A stretch of 64,000 bases of DNA from Shigella phage SP18. The notes under the pieces were generated by a model that was not told the DNA's origin, did not search any database, and worked only from the letters and a program-made list of their open reading frames with translations. The position numbers were made by a program, and so were the translations under genes. This document shows positions 7,102 through 17,300 of the stretch, one piece after another (positions within the stretch are counted from its first letter, which is position 1; each line of letters opens with the position of its first letter). The stretch lies in sequence record GQ981382. One strand, 5' to 3'.

Positions 7102-7434
7102 TTATTTATAAAGTTTTGCCAGTTCTTTACGTCCACGAGCAGACATAATAAATTGTTCATCGCCAATTTTAAAATAAGCCATACCACCGTCAACAGCGAT
7201 ACCAATTTCTTTAGTACCTTCTTTGCCTTTCCACTTGCCACCAGATTTCAGGACAGCTTCAACTGCAGCTTTGGAATATTTGGACGTTTGAAAACGTTCA
7301 TTACCAATCTGAAAGAAAACACCATCTGCATTTTTGGTTAAACCAAATTTCAGAGAGCCTTCACTATCATCAATTGATTTGGTCTCATTGATGGCGGATT
7401 CGGCTAAAAACTCGTTGTAAGTTTTGACGCTCAT
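7102..7434 (-). CDS. internal protein (IP) family member, N-terminus MSVKTYNEFLAE
   Basis: Internal ATG 11 codons into the track ORF; CTS-like N-terminus with L-x-E cleavage context. Confidence 0.6.
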   Translation of the reverse strand: MSVKTYNEFLAESAINETKSIDDSEGSLKFGLTKNADGVFFQIGNERFQTSKYSKAAVEAVLKSGGKWKGKEGTKEIGIAVDGGMAYFKIGDEQFIMSARGRKELAKLYK

Positions 7435-7494
7435 TTTAACTCCGTTTGTTCGTTGGTGTAGGAACATATTACTGCACCTACACTCATTTGTACA

Positions 7495-8182
<688 letters not shown>

Positions 8183-8183
<1 letters not shown>

Positions 8184-8860
8184 TATATTACCTTATTAAT
8201 TTTATCAAAAAGTTCATCGAGTGTGCCATCGTTTTTAATAACAATGTCACTAGCTAGTGGTGGAAGTCCAGCTTCCGTAATGTGTGTATCAGTAGAATGA
8301 TTTGCTTCATCGCGTTCTACAAAGATTATTGTAGCACCCATCGCCCGAAGCGAATCAAGTTCGTTCTTTTGGCGAACATCTGGGACAACGTAATATTTAT
8401 ATCCAGAATAGAGGTTGTCAAGATAGTTGCATGCAAAAGTTTTAATCCAAAACATGCTGTCGAACTCTGTACAAACGATGTCAGTTCCAAGGGTCTGCAT
8501 GAAACGTCTAACTGTCCAGGGCTCAACATTATTTAGTGTGTGAAATTCAATAATTTTACGAACCATATCTGGATTCGGAAGGTCAAGATTGTATTGTTGT
8601 TTCAACCATTCAAGAGCATCAACCAGAAGAATATAAGCTTCGGTGTTGTTCATTATCAAGGTTTTTTCACGGTCATAACCTTGTCCATCAAAATTTTCCA
8701 GGGTCAAATTGTGTGGCAGGTCTTGACGAATCCACGCGTTATAAAGCGCTTCTTTAATCGGACCTGCAAGCTGCCACTTTGTTCCATTTTGACTAATAAC
8801 ATAATCAGCAGTCGTATCTTTACCACTGCGTTTTTTACCCACAATCGCAATTAATTTCAT
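8183..8860 (-). CDS. 1: deoxynucleoside monophosphate kinase (gene 1)
   Basis: P-loop GKKRSGKDT and strong similarity to recalled T4 gp1 along its length. Confidence 0.9.
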
Positions 8861-9456
8861 ACGTTTCTCATAGATGGATGCATTGACTTAGACCTGATTT
8901 CCTGTTGCATTGCTGCATTACTATCAATCTGTGGTCTACCTTCTATTATTATACCATCAATTTCTACAGCAAAAGACTTAAAGTTGAAAGTTGCTGTTGC
9001 GTTGATAGCGGGGTCAGAATCTTCTTTATATGAATACTGAATCTCTGACAGGTCGGACGGCCATGCTCCATAGTAATGGATTGACATGACAATTTTGTCC
9101 TTGTTGTTATCTAAGATATGAAGCGTAACCGCTTCAGGACGACCCTTTGGATGCCATGCTTTTGATTCGTGTGTGATGTAGTTGTTGAGCGAGAGCATCC
9201 ATTTATAGATATCAAGCCATGCTCTTAAGTCTTTGTCGCACAGAAAGTTAACAATCAACGGGTCGAATTCTATTGTACTACCAGGAAGACTGGAGCGATT
9301 TATACCTTGTGTTCCCCCAGGGACATCCGTCACAGGAATGTGAACTCCTGGAAGGGTAACGTCTTGAACGTTGAGTTTAAAGGTCTGTGTGAGGTTTGAA
9401 TCGCTTACCTCTAATATAAAGTTAGTCGTGTTAGTTTGATTATATAAACCTGACAT
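8857..9456 (-). CDS. 3: gp3 tail completion / sheath stabiliser protein (assigned by position and size)
   Basis: ATG at 9454-9456 with AAGGTG RBS; 199 aa between genes 1 and 2 as in T4; the longer track ORF is rejected. Confidence 0.55.
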   Translation of the reverse strand: MSGLYNQTNTTNFILEVSDSNLTQTFKLNVQDVTLPGVHIPVTDVPGGTQGINRSSLPGSTIEFDPLIVNFLCDKDLRAWLDIYKWMLSLNNYITHESKAWHPKGRPEAVTLHILDNNKDKIVMSIHYYGAWPSDLSEIQYSYKEDSDPAINATATFNFKSFAVEIDGIIIEGRPQIDSNAAMQQEIRSKSMHPSMRNV

Positions 9457-9467
9457 AGTGCACCTTG

Positions 9468-9506
9468 TTTGCTTTAAAACAATCAGTGTTATAATGGTTC
9501 TAGACC
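9468..9506 (+). promoter_or_regulatory. MotA-box middle promoter (TTTGCTTTA-N13-TATAAT) with conserved start region GGTTCTAGACC, oriented antisense to genes 2 and 4
   Basis: TGCTT to TATAAT spacing 20 nt; identical -10/+1 block to copies at 44487 and 50159. Confidence 0.55.
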
Positions 9507-9541
9507 TTTTGTCCTTACCAATAACACTGACCGATAATAGA

Positions 9542-10375
9542 TTATGAATTTCTCCAAACTTTTTGTGCAGAGAATTTTTTGCCTTTGCTGTAAAAAGCTT
9601 GCAACGGAAGCATAACAACGTTTGCCCAGTCACTGGGCTTGATTTCAGTGATAGTACCTTTTATATTGCCAGGTATATATGCTTTAATCATCTGGTCAGC
9701 CCCTTTAAATCCCTTCACCTTTGACCAATCAATTTTCAGATGAGTCTTGTTCGTAATCGTAGGAGTATTAGCATATTGCTTAAGAAGTTCCTCAAGGAAC
9801 TCTTGACGCGCCTTCGGCGGAATATAGTGCAAGTTCAAACCATACATCAAATTGTGCTTACCTAGCCCAAGATAAATGATTAACGGATATTTGTCCCAGT
9901 ACGGAAGAGTATCCTTATGCTTTGCATCATAGATATAAGCATAAATTTTACCCGGTTGAGGTTTAGCCGTTACGTGGCCACGAACTGATTTCTTAATTGT
10001 CTCAGCGAACCATCTGGCAGATTTGGTGTTGCTTGCTGCACCTTCGTTAGCAATCTTATCTCTTATGCTCTTTCTAAAGCTATTCACCATTATCAGCTGG
10101 CGTTCAGCCTTCGTAAGTTTACCAGCAGGTTTCTTTTTGAGTTTGGATACTTTATAAGCAGTCTGAATTCTCGAATTGTATCTTGACATGCTTTTGGTAA
10201 AGGTCGAATAGTTGATTCCTTTCTCTTCAGCAAACTTCTTCGAAGTCATTCCCTTTTCTTTTGCTGTATAAAATTCAACCCCTATCTCAACCCATTGTTG
10301 TTCGGATTTACTGGGTTTTGGACCTGGTTTATCTGCAGATTCATTGATAAATGTAAAAATACTCATCCTTTCCAT
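9542..10375 (-). CDS. 2: gp2 DNA end protector protein (assigned by position and size)
   Basis: 277 aa, basic; lies between 3 and 4 as in T4. Confidence 0.55.
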   Translation of the reverse strand: MERMSIFTFINESADKPGPKPSKSEQQWVEIGVEFYTAKEKGMTSKKFAEEKGINYSTFTKSMSRYNSRIQTAYKVSKLKKKPAGKLTKAERQLIMVNSFRKSIRDKIANEGAASNTKSARWFAETIKKSVRGHVTAKPQPGKIYAYIYDAKHKDTLPYWDKYPLIIYLGLGKHNLMYGLNLHYIPPKARQEFLEELLKQYANTPTITNKTHLKIDWSKVKGFKGADQMIKAYIPGNIKGTITEIKPSDWANVVMLPLQAFYSKGKKFSAQKVWRNS

Positions 10376-10812
10376 CCTAATTTTTTCAGTGAGTTTTCAG
10401 TGATTATCCTGAACGTTATACCCATCTTATCCGCGGTAGCTTGTGCAGCTTTCCATTTGTCAGAGTTAACGCTCCAGGTGTACATTTCGTTAATAAATCT
10501 CTTTTTACTCGCAGTGGTATTATTGGCCGGTTTGGTTGGGGGTCTTGTTTCTTTTAATGGCTTAACTTCGAAAAAGAACTGCTGTCCTGTATCGAACTTA
10601 ACCCAGAAATCCATATAATATCTGCGCTTTTTACCTTCAGCATTGCAGAAGTATGGAATAATCACAGTCTCAGAGCCCCATTGAACAACGTTCGGATGGT
10701 TGTCGAGCCATCTCATCAACCAAGCCTCCCAGCTTGACCGGTATTGTATTTTCTTCCAGTCGCCCTTATATTTTTCTATGTTGGTGGGCTTGAATTTCCC
10801 GGAGTATGCCAT
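10363..10812 (-). CDS. 4: gp4 head completion protein
   Basis: 149 aa with GGAGG RBS and TATAAATA late promoter on minus strand 24 nt upstream; divergent from gene 53 as in T4. Confidence 0.65.
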   Translation of the reverse strand: MAYSGKFKPTNIEKYKGDWKKIQYRSSWEAWLMRWLDNHPNVVQWGSETVIIPYFCNAEGKKRRYYMDFWVKFDTGQQFFFEVKPLKETRPPTKPANNTTASKKRFINEMYTWSVNSDKWKAAQATADKMGITFRIITENSLKKLGWKG

Positions 10813-10840
10813 ATAGCCTCCTAATAAATATTGATATACT

Positions 10841-10852
10841 TATTTATAAATG
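10841..10852. promoter_or_regulatory. palindromic late-promoter element between divergent genes 4 and 53 (TATAAATA on minus strand; TATAAATG on plus)
   Basis: Sequence TATTTATAAATG; exact 8/8 T4 late consensus on minus strand 24 nt from gp4 ATG. Confidence 0.6.
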
Positions 10853-10860
10853 GAGGCTTT

Positions 10861-11463
10861 ATGCTTTTTTCATTTTTTAACCCTATTGATTATGATGCGA
10901 AAACAATCAGAAAAAACTCGGCATCATTGACGAAAGAAGATGTCTTAAGCATTCCAATGACTGACATCTTCAGAAACTACCGCGCTTATTTCGATAAGGT
11001 CGCTGCTAATTATACACCCAAAACCTATTACATTGCAGGAGCTCCGAGACCCGAAGAATTGGCATATCAGCTCTATGGTAACACACAACTCTATTGGGTT
11101 CTCCTGATGATTAATGACATCTATGACCCTTATTATGGTTGGCTTGGTTCTCAGGAATCATCCTATCAGGCATCTATTCAGAAATATTCGAATGTCGGTG
11201 GTAACCAGGTCCTTTATCATGTGAATGAAGATGGTGAGAAGTTCTGGAACCTTGTATCTTATCCTGATAATCCATACACCTGGTACGATAAAGGTGATAA
11301 GAACAAATTATACCCGCAGTATGAAGGTCCATTAGCTGCAGTGGATATCTATGAAGATGCTATCCGTAAAAATGAATACAAACGCGAAATAAAAATAATT
11401 GACCCGGAAGACATTGAGTCATTTATTTCCGCGCTTATCCGTGAAATGGAGAAGGCTTTATGA
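10861..11463 (+). CDS. 53: gp53 baseplate wedge subunit
   Basis: ATG at 10861 with GGAGG RBS; 200 aa; immediately precedes gene 5 with ATGA overlap. Confidence 0.7.
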   Translation: MLFSFFNPIDYDAKTIRKNSASLTKEDVLSIPMTDIFRNYRAYFDKVAANYTPKTYYIAGAPRPEELAYQLYGNTQLYWVLLMINDIYDPYYGWLGSQESSYQASIQKYSNVGGNQVLYHVNEDGEKFWNLVSYPDNPYTWYDKGDKNKLYPQYEGPLAAVDIYEDAIRKNEYKREIKIIDPEDIESFISALIREMEKAL

Positions 11464-13247
11464 TTAATATGTCAGATAATGTAAGTTGGTTCGTCGGGGT
11501 TGTCGAAGACCGAATGGACCCACTTCAGCAAGGTCGTGTGCGTGTTCGTGTATGGGGTATGCATCCATATGAGAAAGCACAAGGGCCTGTTAAAGGTATC
11601 AGAACCGAAGACCTTCCTTGGATGTCTGTATTGATGCCGACATCATCTGCATCAGTTTCTGGGATTCAAACTGCCATGACTGGTATGGTCCCAGGTACTC
11701 AAGTATATGGTCACTTTTTAGACAAGTGGAAGCTCAACGGTCTTGTTATTGGTACGTATGGTTCAGCCTCAAGACAAAAGGCAAATCCTAACGAAGGCTT
11801 CTCTGACCCTACAGGACAATACCCGCTTTATGTTGGTAATGATGCTGCAGCGCTTAACCGTGGCGGTGAAGTCGGTTATGATGCAACTTCGAACGTAATT
11901 CAGGATGCGAACCTTGACCTTGGTATTAACCCAGATGGTCTTGATTTGAGCCAGGTTAAGCCTGATGATAATCCTAATTTCACAATTGAAAATATGCTCC
12001 ACCGTGATGAAGGTCTTCGACTGAAGGTATATTGGGACACCGAAGGTTATCCTACTATAGGCATAGGACACTTAATTGCACCACAACCTATTAGAGATAT
12101 GAATCAGATAAACAAAATATTATCTAATCAAATAGGCCGTGAAGTTAAAGGTAACCCTGGTGCAATATCAATGGACGAGGCTTCTAAGTTATTCCAAGAA
12201 GACCTTAAAAAAGTCCAAAACGATATAGGTAGGCATAGTGTTGTGGGTCCGGTTTATAATAAAGAAAACCGTTCGAGACAAATGGCTCTTGAAAACATGG
12301 CTTTCCAAATGGGATTAGGTGGATTGGCTAAATTCCGTGGAATGCTTAGCGCAATGTTAGTAGGTGATTATAAAAAAGCATTTGAGGAAGCTCGTAATTC
12401 AGTATGGTTTAACCAAACTAAAGGACGTGCATCAAGGGTATCAATGATTATCCTTACCGGTAATATGGAATCATATGGTATTATGGCTCCTAAAGAAAGG
12501 TCATTTAAAGGGCGTTCATATAGGATGATTCAAACCTTTGCAGCCCCTGCAAATTCTGACCCAGCCGACCCATGGACTCCAGAAGATACACGGATTCTAT
12601 TTAAAGAGCCAGAATCAAGTTACAAGGGCGAATATCCTTACGTGCAGACAATGCAAACTGAAGGCGGTCATATTCAGGAATTCGATAACACCCCTGGACA
12701 AGAACGTTATCGACTGATTCACCCAACCGGTTCCTACGAGGAAGTTGCACCAGATGGTCGTAAGACTTCGAAGACAGTGGCCGATGGTTATTATATGACC
12801 CAGGGTGATTCGAGTACTTACGTTGGTGGTAATAATAAAGTCAACGTTGGCGGTGATGAAACCTATTATAATATGGCTAATGTTCGTCGTCAGACCGATG
12901 GAAACGAAAGCATTCATATTCGTGGGAATGAAACCAAAACTGTAGAAGGTAATGGAACTTTGCTTGTTAAAGGAAATGTTAAAATAGTTATTATGGGTAC
13001 TGCTGATATAACTGTTGAACAAGAAGCATATATTACGGTTGAAAAAGATACAACAGTTAATGTCAACCAGAATGCAGATATAAGTGTTAAACAAAAGGCC
13101 ACAATCAATGCTCAAAATATGGATGTAAATGTCGAACAAGATTTAAATTTTGCAGCGACGAACATTAATTTAAACGCATCAAATACTGTGCATATGGATG
13201 GTGGTTCATTAGCTAAAGTATCTGGTGGCAACGTACAGGTCGGTTAA
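11460..13247 (+). CDS. 5: gp5 baseplate hub subunit and tail lysozyme (cell-puncturing device)
   Basis: N-terminal NVSWFVGVVED...; internal T4-lysozyme-like domain (HRDEGLRLKVYWDTEGYPTIGIGH); C-terminal beta-helix repeats. Confidence 0.9.
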   Translation: MINMSDNVSWFVGVVEDRMDPLQQGRVRVRVWGMHPYEKAQGPVKGIRTEDLPWMSVLMPTSSASVSGIQTAMTGMVPGTQVYGHFLDKWKLNGLVIGTYGSASRQKANPNEGFSDPTGQYPLYVGNDAAALNRGGEVGYDATSNVIQDANLDLGINPDGLDLSQVKPDDNPNFTIENMLHRDEGLRLKVYWDTEGYPTIGIGHLIAPQPIRDMNQINKILSNQIGREVKGNPGAISMDEASKLFQEDLKKVQNDIGRHSVVGPVYNKENRSRQMALENMAFQMGLGGLAKFRGMLSAMLVGDYKKAFEEARNSVWFNQTKGRASRVSMIILTGNMESYGIMAPKERSFKGRSYRMIQTFAAPANSDPADPWTPEDTRILFKEPESSYKGEYPYVQTMQTEGGHIQEFDNTPGQERYRLIHPTGSYEEVAPDGRKTSKTVADGYYMTQGDSSTYVGGNNKVNVGGDETYYNMANVRRQTDGNESIHIRGNETKTVEGNGTLLVKGNVKIVIMGTADITVEQEAYITVEKDTTVNVNQNADISVKQKATINAQNMDVNVEQDLNFAATNINLNASNTVHMDGGSLAKVSGGNVQVG

Positions 13248-13248
13248 T

Positions 13249-15312
13249 ATGAATTACTACGATAAAGTTGATGAAGTGGTAGGGACTGTAACAAGTCCCT
13301 GTGATGACGCAGTAGGACCCGGTGAATATCGCCGGGTTAAATGGGAATTATATAACCCAACAGGTGCTTTTATTCAACCTGGGAATGGCGTTGAATGGGA
13401 TACCGAGATTATTCCACTAGCTACACATTTATACACACAAAATCCATTTGGTAATAAGTCCGAAACTTTTCCTGCACCTCCGCCGCCGGAAGATGGAACA
13501 AGTCAAGGTATCTGGTGTGCTAAACTCGGAATATTCTTTATTACGCAATTGGATTTAGAAAATTATGTAGAATCGATTGGTGCAACTCTTTTGTCCGGTA
13601 ATGATTGGTACGGTGCTGATTTATCAAAATCCGTATTGTATAAAACATCTATTGAATATGATATGTATCGCATCGAAAACTGTGGCGGTGTATGGACGTC
13701 ACAAGGCCCTAGAATGGACCCCAGGACGATGATTGCAGTTACGGCTGATTATCATATGTATGTCAACTTTAACGGCCTTGGTGACTCCCGCAGGGCTTAT
13801 TTGAAGTACTATGAGACAAAACCTTGTACTTATGTTGGACTGGTATTAAATCTAGATGTTGATATGAGTATCCCAGGAACTCCGATTCCGGGACCGGTAT
13901 CCATTGGGTCTTTACCGCCAGAAATAACCGGGCGAGCCAGGGCAATAAGCTGTGTTCCTTTTACAGCGGAATTCCCTTACAACGGATTGACCAATGCGAT
14001 TATGGCTTCATGGAATACATCTAGGAATTCATTCAAATTATATTGGGATATGCTCCCTGGATGGCCATCATCTGGTGGAACCGATTGGGAAAAATTCTTC
14101 GATTCTGGTTATAGTAAGCTATCGGTCGCAATGGAAGAGCTAGGCAACTCAGCTGTTGCTATGTGTCAATATGTTCAGCAAATGGCTTTTCTTGCATTTA
14201 AAGATGCCATATCACAGGTCTTGAATATTGTTGGCGGTGGGTGGGACTTACTTAAAAGCTTTTTACCCTCGATTACTATTATGGGCATGACTATTGACCT
14301 GGAAGACCTCTGCACTTCAGGTGATGGTGTACAGAAATTAAAAGAAGCATGGAAAAACTTTAATTTAGAAGAAACCATCCAATCGATTTATTCTGCCATT
14401 GGGTCGGCATACGATTATTCGGTTGAACGCGTCAAGATGTATTCGCGTGACCTTATTGATGCAATTACAGACTTGTATGACTGGGCCTGGTCTCAATTGC
14501 TTATGGCTGGTGTTGCATTATCAAAACTGTGTGTAGACCTCGCTCAAATATGGAGTATGCCTCCTATAGTTCCGAACCCAGTTTGGAGCGTTATTACTGC
14601 GGTCAAGGAAATGATGAAGCAAGTTAAACCACTGGACATGATAATGAGCGGTAACTTTCCAGGATTCACAGCATCAGATGTTTATCAAATGGTTATGGAA
14701 AAGGTAGACCAGAAAATAGACGAAGCTTATGCAATGATTGAGGCTCTTAAAACCAAGGCACTCAATCTGTGGAATGAGATTAAGCTCAAAAAGCAAGAAG
14801 TACAAAAACAAGCTATTGAATTTAAACAATATCTTTCAGGAATGTACGAAAAAGTTACAGACGAGCTAACTGCTCAGAAGGAAGCCGCATTATCACAAGC
14901 TGAAGCTGCACTTGAACTTTTAAAGAATAAATATAATCAGATTAAGAACTCTATTACCGAAAGTCAAACCTCTGTTTCTGATGTATTAGATATGGCTTTA
15001 GAAGAATTCAAAAAACTTCCTATTGTGGCTCAAATGGAAGAACTTCTCGGTATGCTCGGAGCTACTGTAGATGATATCATGGTTATATACGAGAACTCAG
15101 TAACTAAAGCAAAATCTTTATATCACGAATTTACTGATGGTTCCAGGTCAATGAAAGACTTGTGCAAATCAATGTATAACCAAATATCAACATTATCCTT
15201 AAGTAAGGTGGTACAATGGATTAATAAGATGCTGGGAATATTCGGTTTAACGATTGCATTTCCATCCCTTTCCATTTGCATACCTTGTTTAGAATCTCCT
15301 ACTAGGAATTAA
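13249..15312 (+). CDS. unrecognised 687-aa protein between genes 5 and 6; Pro-rich N-terminal half, long helical C-terminal half
   Basis: ATG at 13249 just after gp5 stop (TAATATG); continuous ORF ending 1 nt before gene 6; no T4 counterpart recalled at this position (T4 has small 5.1/5.3/5.4). Confidence 0.6.
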   Translation: MNYYDKVDEVVGTVTSPCDDAVGPGEYRRVKWELYNPTGAFIQPGNGVEWDTEIIPLATHLYTQNPFGNKSETFPAPPPPEDGTSQGIWCAKLGIFFITQLDLENYVESIGATLLSGNDWYGADLSKSVLYKTSIEYDMYRIENCGGVWTSQGPRMDPRTMIAVTADYHMYVNFNGLGDSRRAYLKYYETKPCTYVGLVLNLDVDMSIPGTPIPGPVSIGSLPPEITGRARAISCVPFTAEFPYNGLTNAIMASWNTSRNSFKLYWDMLPGWPSSGGTDWEKFFDSGYSKLSVAMEELGNSAVAMCQYVQQMAFLAFKDAISQVLNIVGGGWDLLKSFLPSITIMGMTIDLEDLCTSGDGVQKLKEAWKNFNLEETIQSIYSAIGSAYDYSVERVKMYSRDLIDAITDLYDWAWSQLLMAGVALSKLCVDLAQIWSMPPIVPNPVWSVITAVKEMMKQVKPLDMIMSGNFPGFTASDVYQMVMEKVDQKIDEAYAMIEALKTKALNLWNEIKLKKQEVQKQAIEFKQYLSGMYEKVTDELTAQKEAALSQAEAALELLKNKYNQIKNSITESQTSVSDVLDMALEEFKKLPIVAQMEELLGMLGATVDDIMVIYENSVTKAKSLYHEFTDGSRSMKDLCKSMYNQISTLSLSKVVQWINKMLGIFGLTIAFPSLSICIPCLESPTRN

Positions 15313-15313
15313 A

Positions 15314-17272
15314 ATGGCTACTCCTACGAATTACCAATTAACAAGAACCGTTAACGCAATCCCAAAAGTATTTGTGGGAGCTACGTTTGAAGAAATTAAA
15401 AAGAACATCATTGACTGGTTATCAAGCCAGGATGAATTTAAGGATTATGATTTCGTAGGTTCGCGAATGAATATCCTGATTGATATGCTTGCATACAATA
15501 CATTGTATATGCAACAGTTTGCTAACACGGCAGTTTACGAATCATTTATCGGAACTGCAAACCTAAGGTCTTCGGTTGTTCAAGCTGCACAGGATAATGG
15601 TTATCTTCCATCTTCGCGTTCGGCCGCAAAGACTTCGGTTATGCTGACATGTTCTCACGCTCTCCAACCATCGAATATTGAAATCCCGCGTGGGACTAAG
15701 TTCCTGGCTTATGCTCGTGATACATCAGCTGACCCTTATATGTTTGTCACAACGGATAATGTAATCGCGGTAAAAGACATTAACAACCAATATCTGCCGA
15801 TTGTATCCCTTGCACAAGGTCGTATTATTCGTACTGAACTTTTGTATGACCCGAAACAACCTATTCTTATTCGTGACCCGGATATTGACCGAAAAGAAGT
15901 TAAGCTTTTTGTGAACGGTATCGAGTGGACTGACTGGACAAACAAATCAATGGTTCATGCTGGCTCAACGTCCACCATTTTCTATATGCGTGAAACTGTT
16001 GATGGTAATACCGAATTCTTCTTCGGTGAAGGTGAATCGACCAAATCTGTTGCCGGTGGCGTATTGGAAGCCAACTATATTGGTGGATTGAAACCCGTAC
16101 AGGATTCGACAATTGTTATCGAATATCTTCGCACATCAGGGGCCGATGCAAATGGTGCAGTTGATTTCAGCTATGCAGACTCCTTGACTTATATCACTGT
16201 TGACAAGATTACAGAAAACTACAATAACGATAAAGATTACGTTGGAGCTGATGGCGGTGGTGACCCGGAAGATATTGAACGAATCCGTGAACTGGCTGTA
16301 GTTAAACGTGAAGCGCAGATGCGTGCTGTCACCGGGACCGATTATGATACATTCGTATCAGAAAGATTCGGCTCAATCGTACAAGCCGTACAGACGTTTA
16401 CAGACCCAAATAAACCTGGATATGCGTTTATATCAGTTAAACCTAAATCGGGCTTGTATCTCACCGCAGTGCAGCGTGAGGACATCAAAAACTACCTTAG
16501 TGAGTTCAACGTATCGACAATTACACCATCAGTTATTTCTCCTGATTATTTGTTCCTTAAACACAATATCAAAGTGTCTTATGCGCTGAATAAATTACAG
16601 GAATCTGAACAGTGGTTGCAAGCACAAATCATTAACCAGATTGACCGCTATTATATTGATGAAGTTGAATTGTTTAACCACAGTTTTGCTAAATCGAAAC
16701 TGCTCACTTATGTAGATAATACCGACCATAGTATTTTGGGTTCGTCTGCAACGGTGACAATGGTTCGCGAGGTCTTGAACTTCTTTAAGACTCCAGAATC
16801 CGGCATTAAATATTATAATCAATATACTAATAGGTCGGTGGAATCAAGCGAATTTGAATTCGTTCCAACAAACCAAAGCGATACCGTTACCTCATATAAC
16901 GTCCGTATTGTAGCGACTGACCGCAACTCATCTGGTGATGGTAAAATGGTCATTGGTCCGTTCCGTCCAGGTGATGTTCAGCTTAATGCGAATATTCAAC
17001 CTTACACAGGTAATGACTTTAATAAGATGGTTGCACCAGCTGACCAGACTCAATACTTTGTAATCGGTGAAATCGATTATTGGTCTGATTATATCTTCTG
17101 GGACATTGCCGCGATTGGTTTGACTTCGGACCGTTTTGAAGTGCAATCAATCGAACTGTATGCGGGTCCAGACCAGGACAACATCTACACAAAAGACGGT
17201 TCGCTTATCGTATTCGAAAATGACCTTCGTCCACAGTATACGACTATTAATTTAGAACCAATTACATTATAA
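15314..17272 (+). CDS. 6: gp6 baseplate wedge subunit
   Basis: N-terminus MATPTNYQLTRTVNAIP... aligns with recalled T4 gp6; 652 aa. Confidence 0.9.
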   Translation: MATPTNYQLTRTVNAIPKVFVGATFEEIKKNIIDWLSSQDEFKDYDFVGSRMNILIDMLAYNTLYMQQFANTAVYESFIGTANLRSSVVQAAQDNGYLPSSRSAAKTSVMLTCSHALQPSNIEIPRGTKFLAYARDTSADPYMFVTTDNVIAVKDINNQYLPIVSLAQGRIIRTELLYDPKQPILIRDPDIDRKEVKLFVNGIEWTDWTNKSMVHAGSTSTIFYMRETVDGNTEFFFGEGESTKSVAGGVLEANYIGGLKPVQDSTIVIEYLRTSGADANGAVDFSYADSLTYITVDKITENYNNDKDYVGADGGGDPEDIERIRELAVVKREAQMRAVTGTDYDTFVSERFGSIVQAVQTFTDPNKPGYAFISVKPKSGLYLTAVQREDIKNYLSEFNVSTITPSVISPDYLFLKHNIKVSYALNKLQESEQWLQAQIINQIDRYYIDEVELFNHSFAKSKLLTYVDNTDHSILGSSATVTMVREVLNFFKTPESGIKYYNQYTNRSVESSEFEFVPTNQSDTVTSYNVRIVATDRNSSGDGKMVIGPFRPGDVQLNANIQPYTGNDFNKMVAPADQTQYFVIGEIDYWSDYIFWDIAAIGLTSDRFEVQSIELYAGPDQDNIYTKDGSLIVFENDLRPQYTTINLEPITL

Positions 17273-17300
17273 GCCTCTTCGGAGGCTTTAAGGAATCTTA

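Noticed and set aside
8857-9633. Long N-terminal extensions of track ORFs (gp3 to 9633, uvsW from 46651, uvsY from 50171, gp19 from 35720, gp28 from 53092, 687-aa ORF from GTG 13225, ligase from GTG 63361)
   Set aside because: Extensions overlap the upstream gene or promoter and lack an RBS; internal ATGs with Shine-Dalgarno sequences and T4-like N-termini were preferred.
10845-10852. Plus-strand TATAAATG as the late promoter for gene 53
   Set aside because: It matches the consensus at only 7 of 8 positions and ends 8 nt before the gp53 ATG, too close for a normal leader; the exact-match minus-strand copy for gene 4 is better supported.
11769-13139. Minus-strand ORFs (100, 174 and 64 aa) inside gene 5
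   Set aside because: Antisense to a well-supported gp5 coding sequence; low-complexity, Ile/Phe-rich translations typical of wrong-strand reading of AT-rich DNA.
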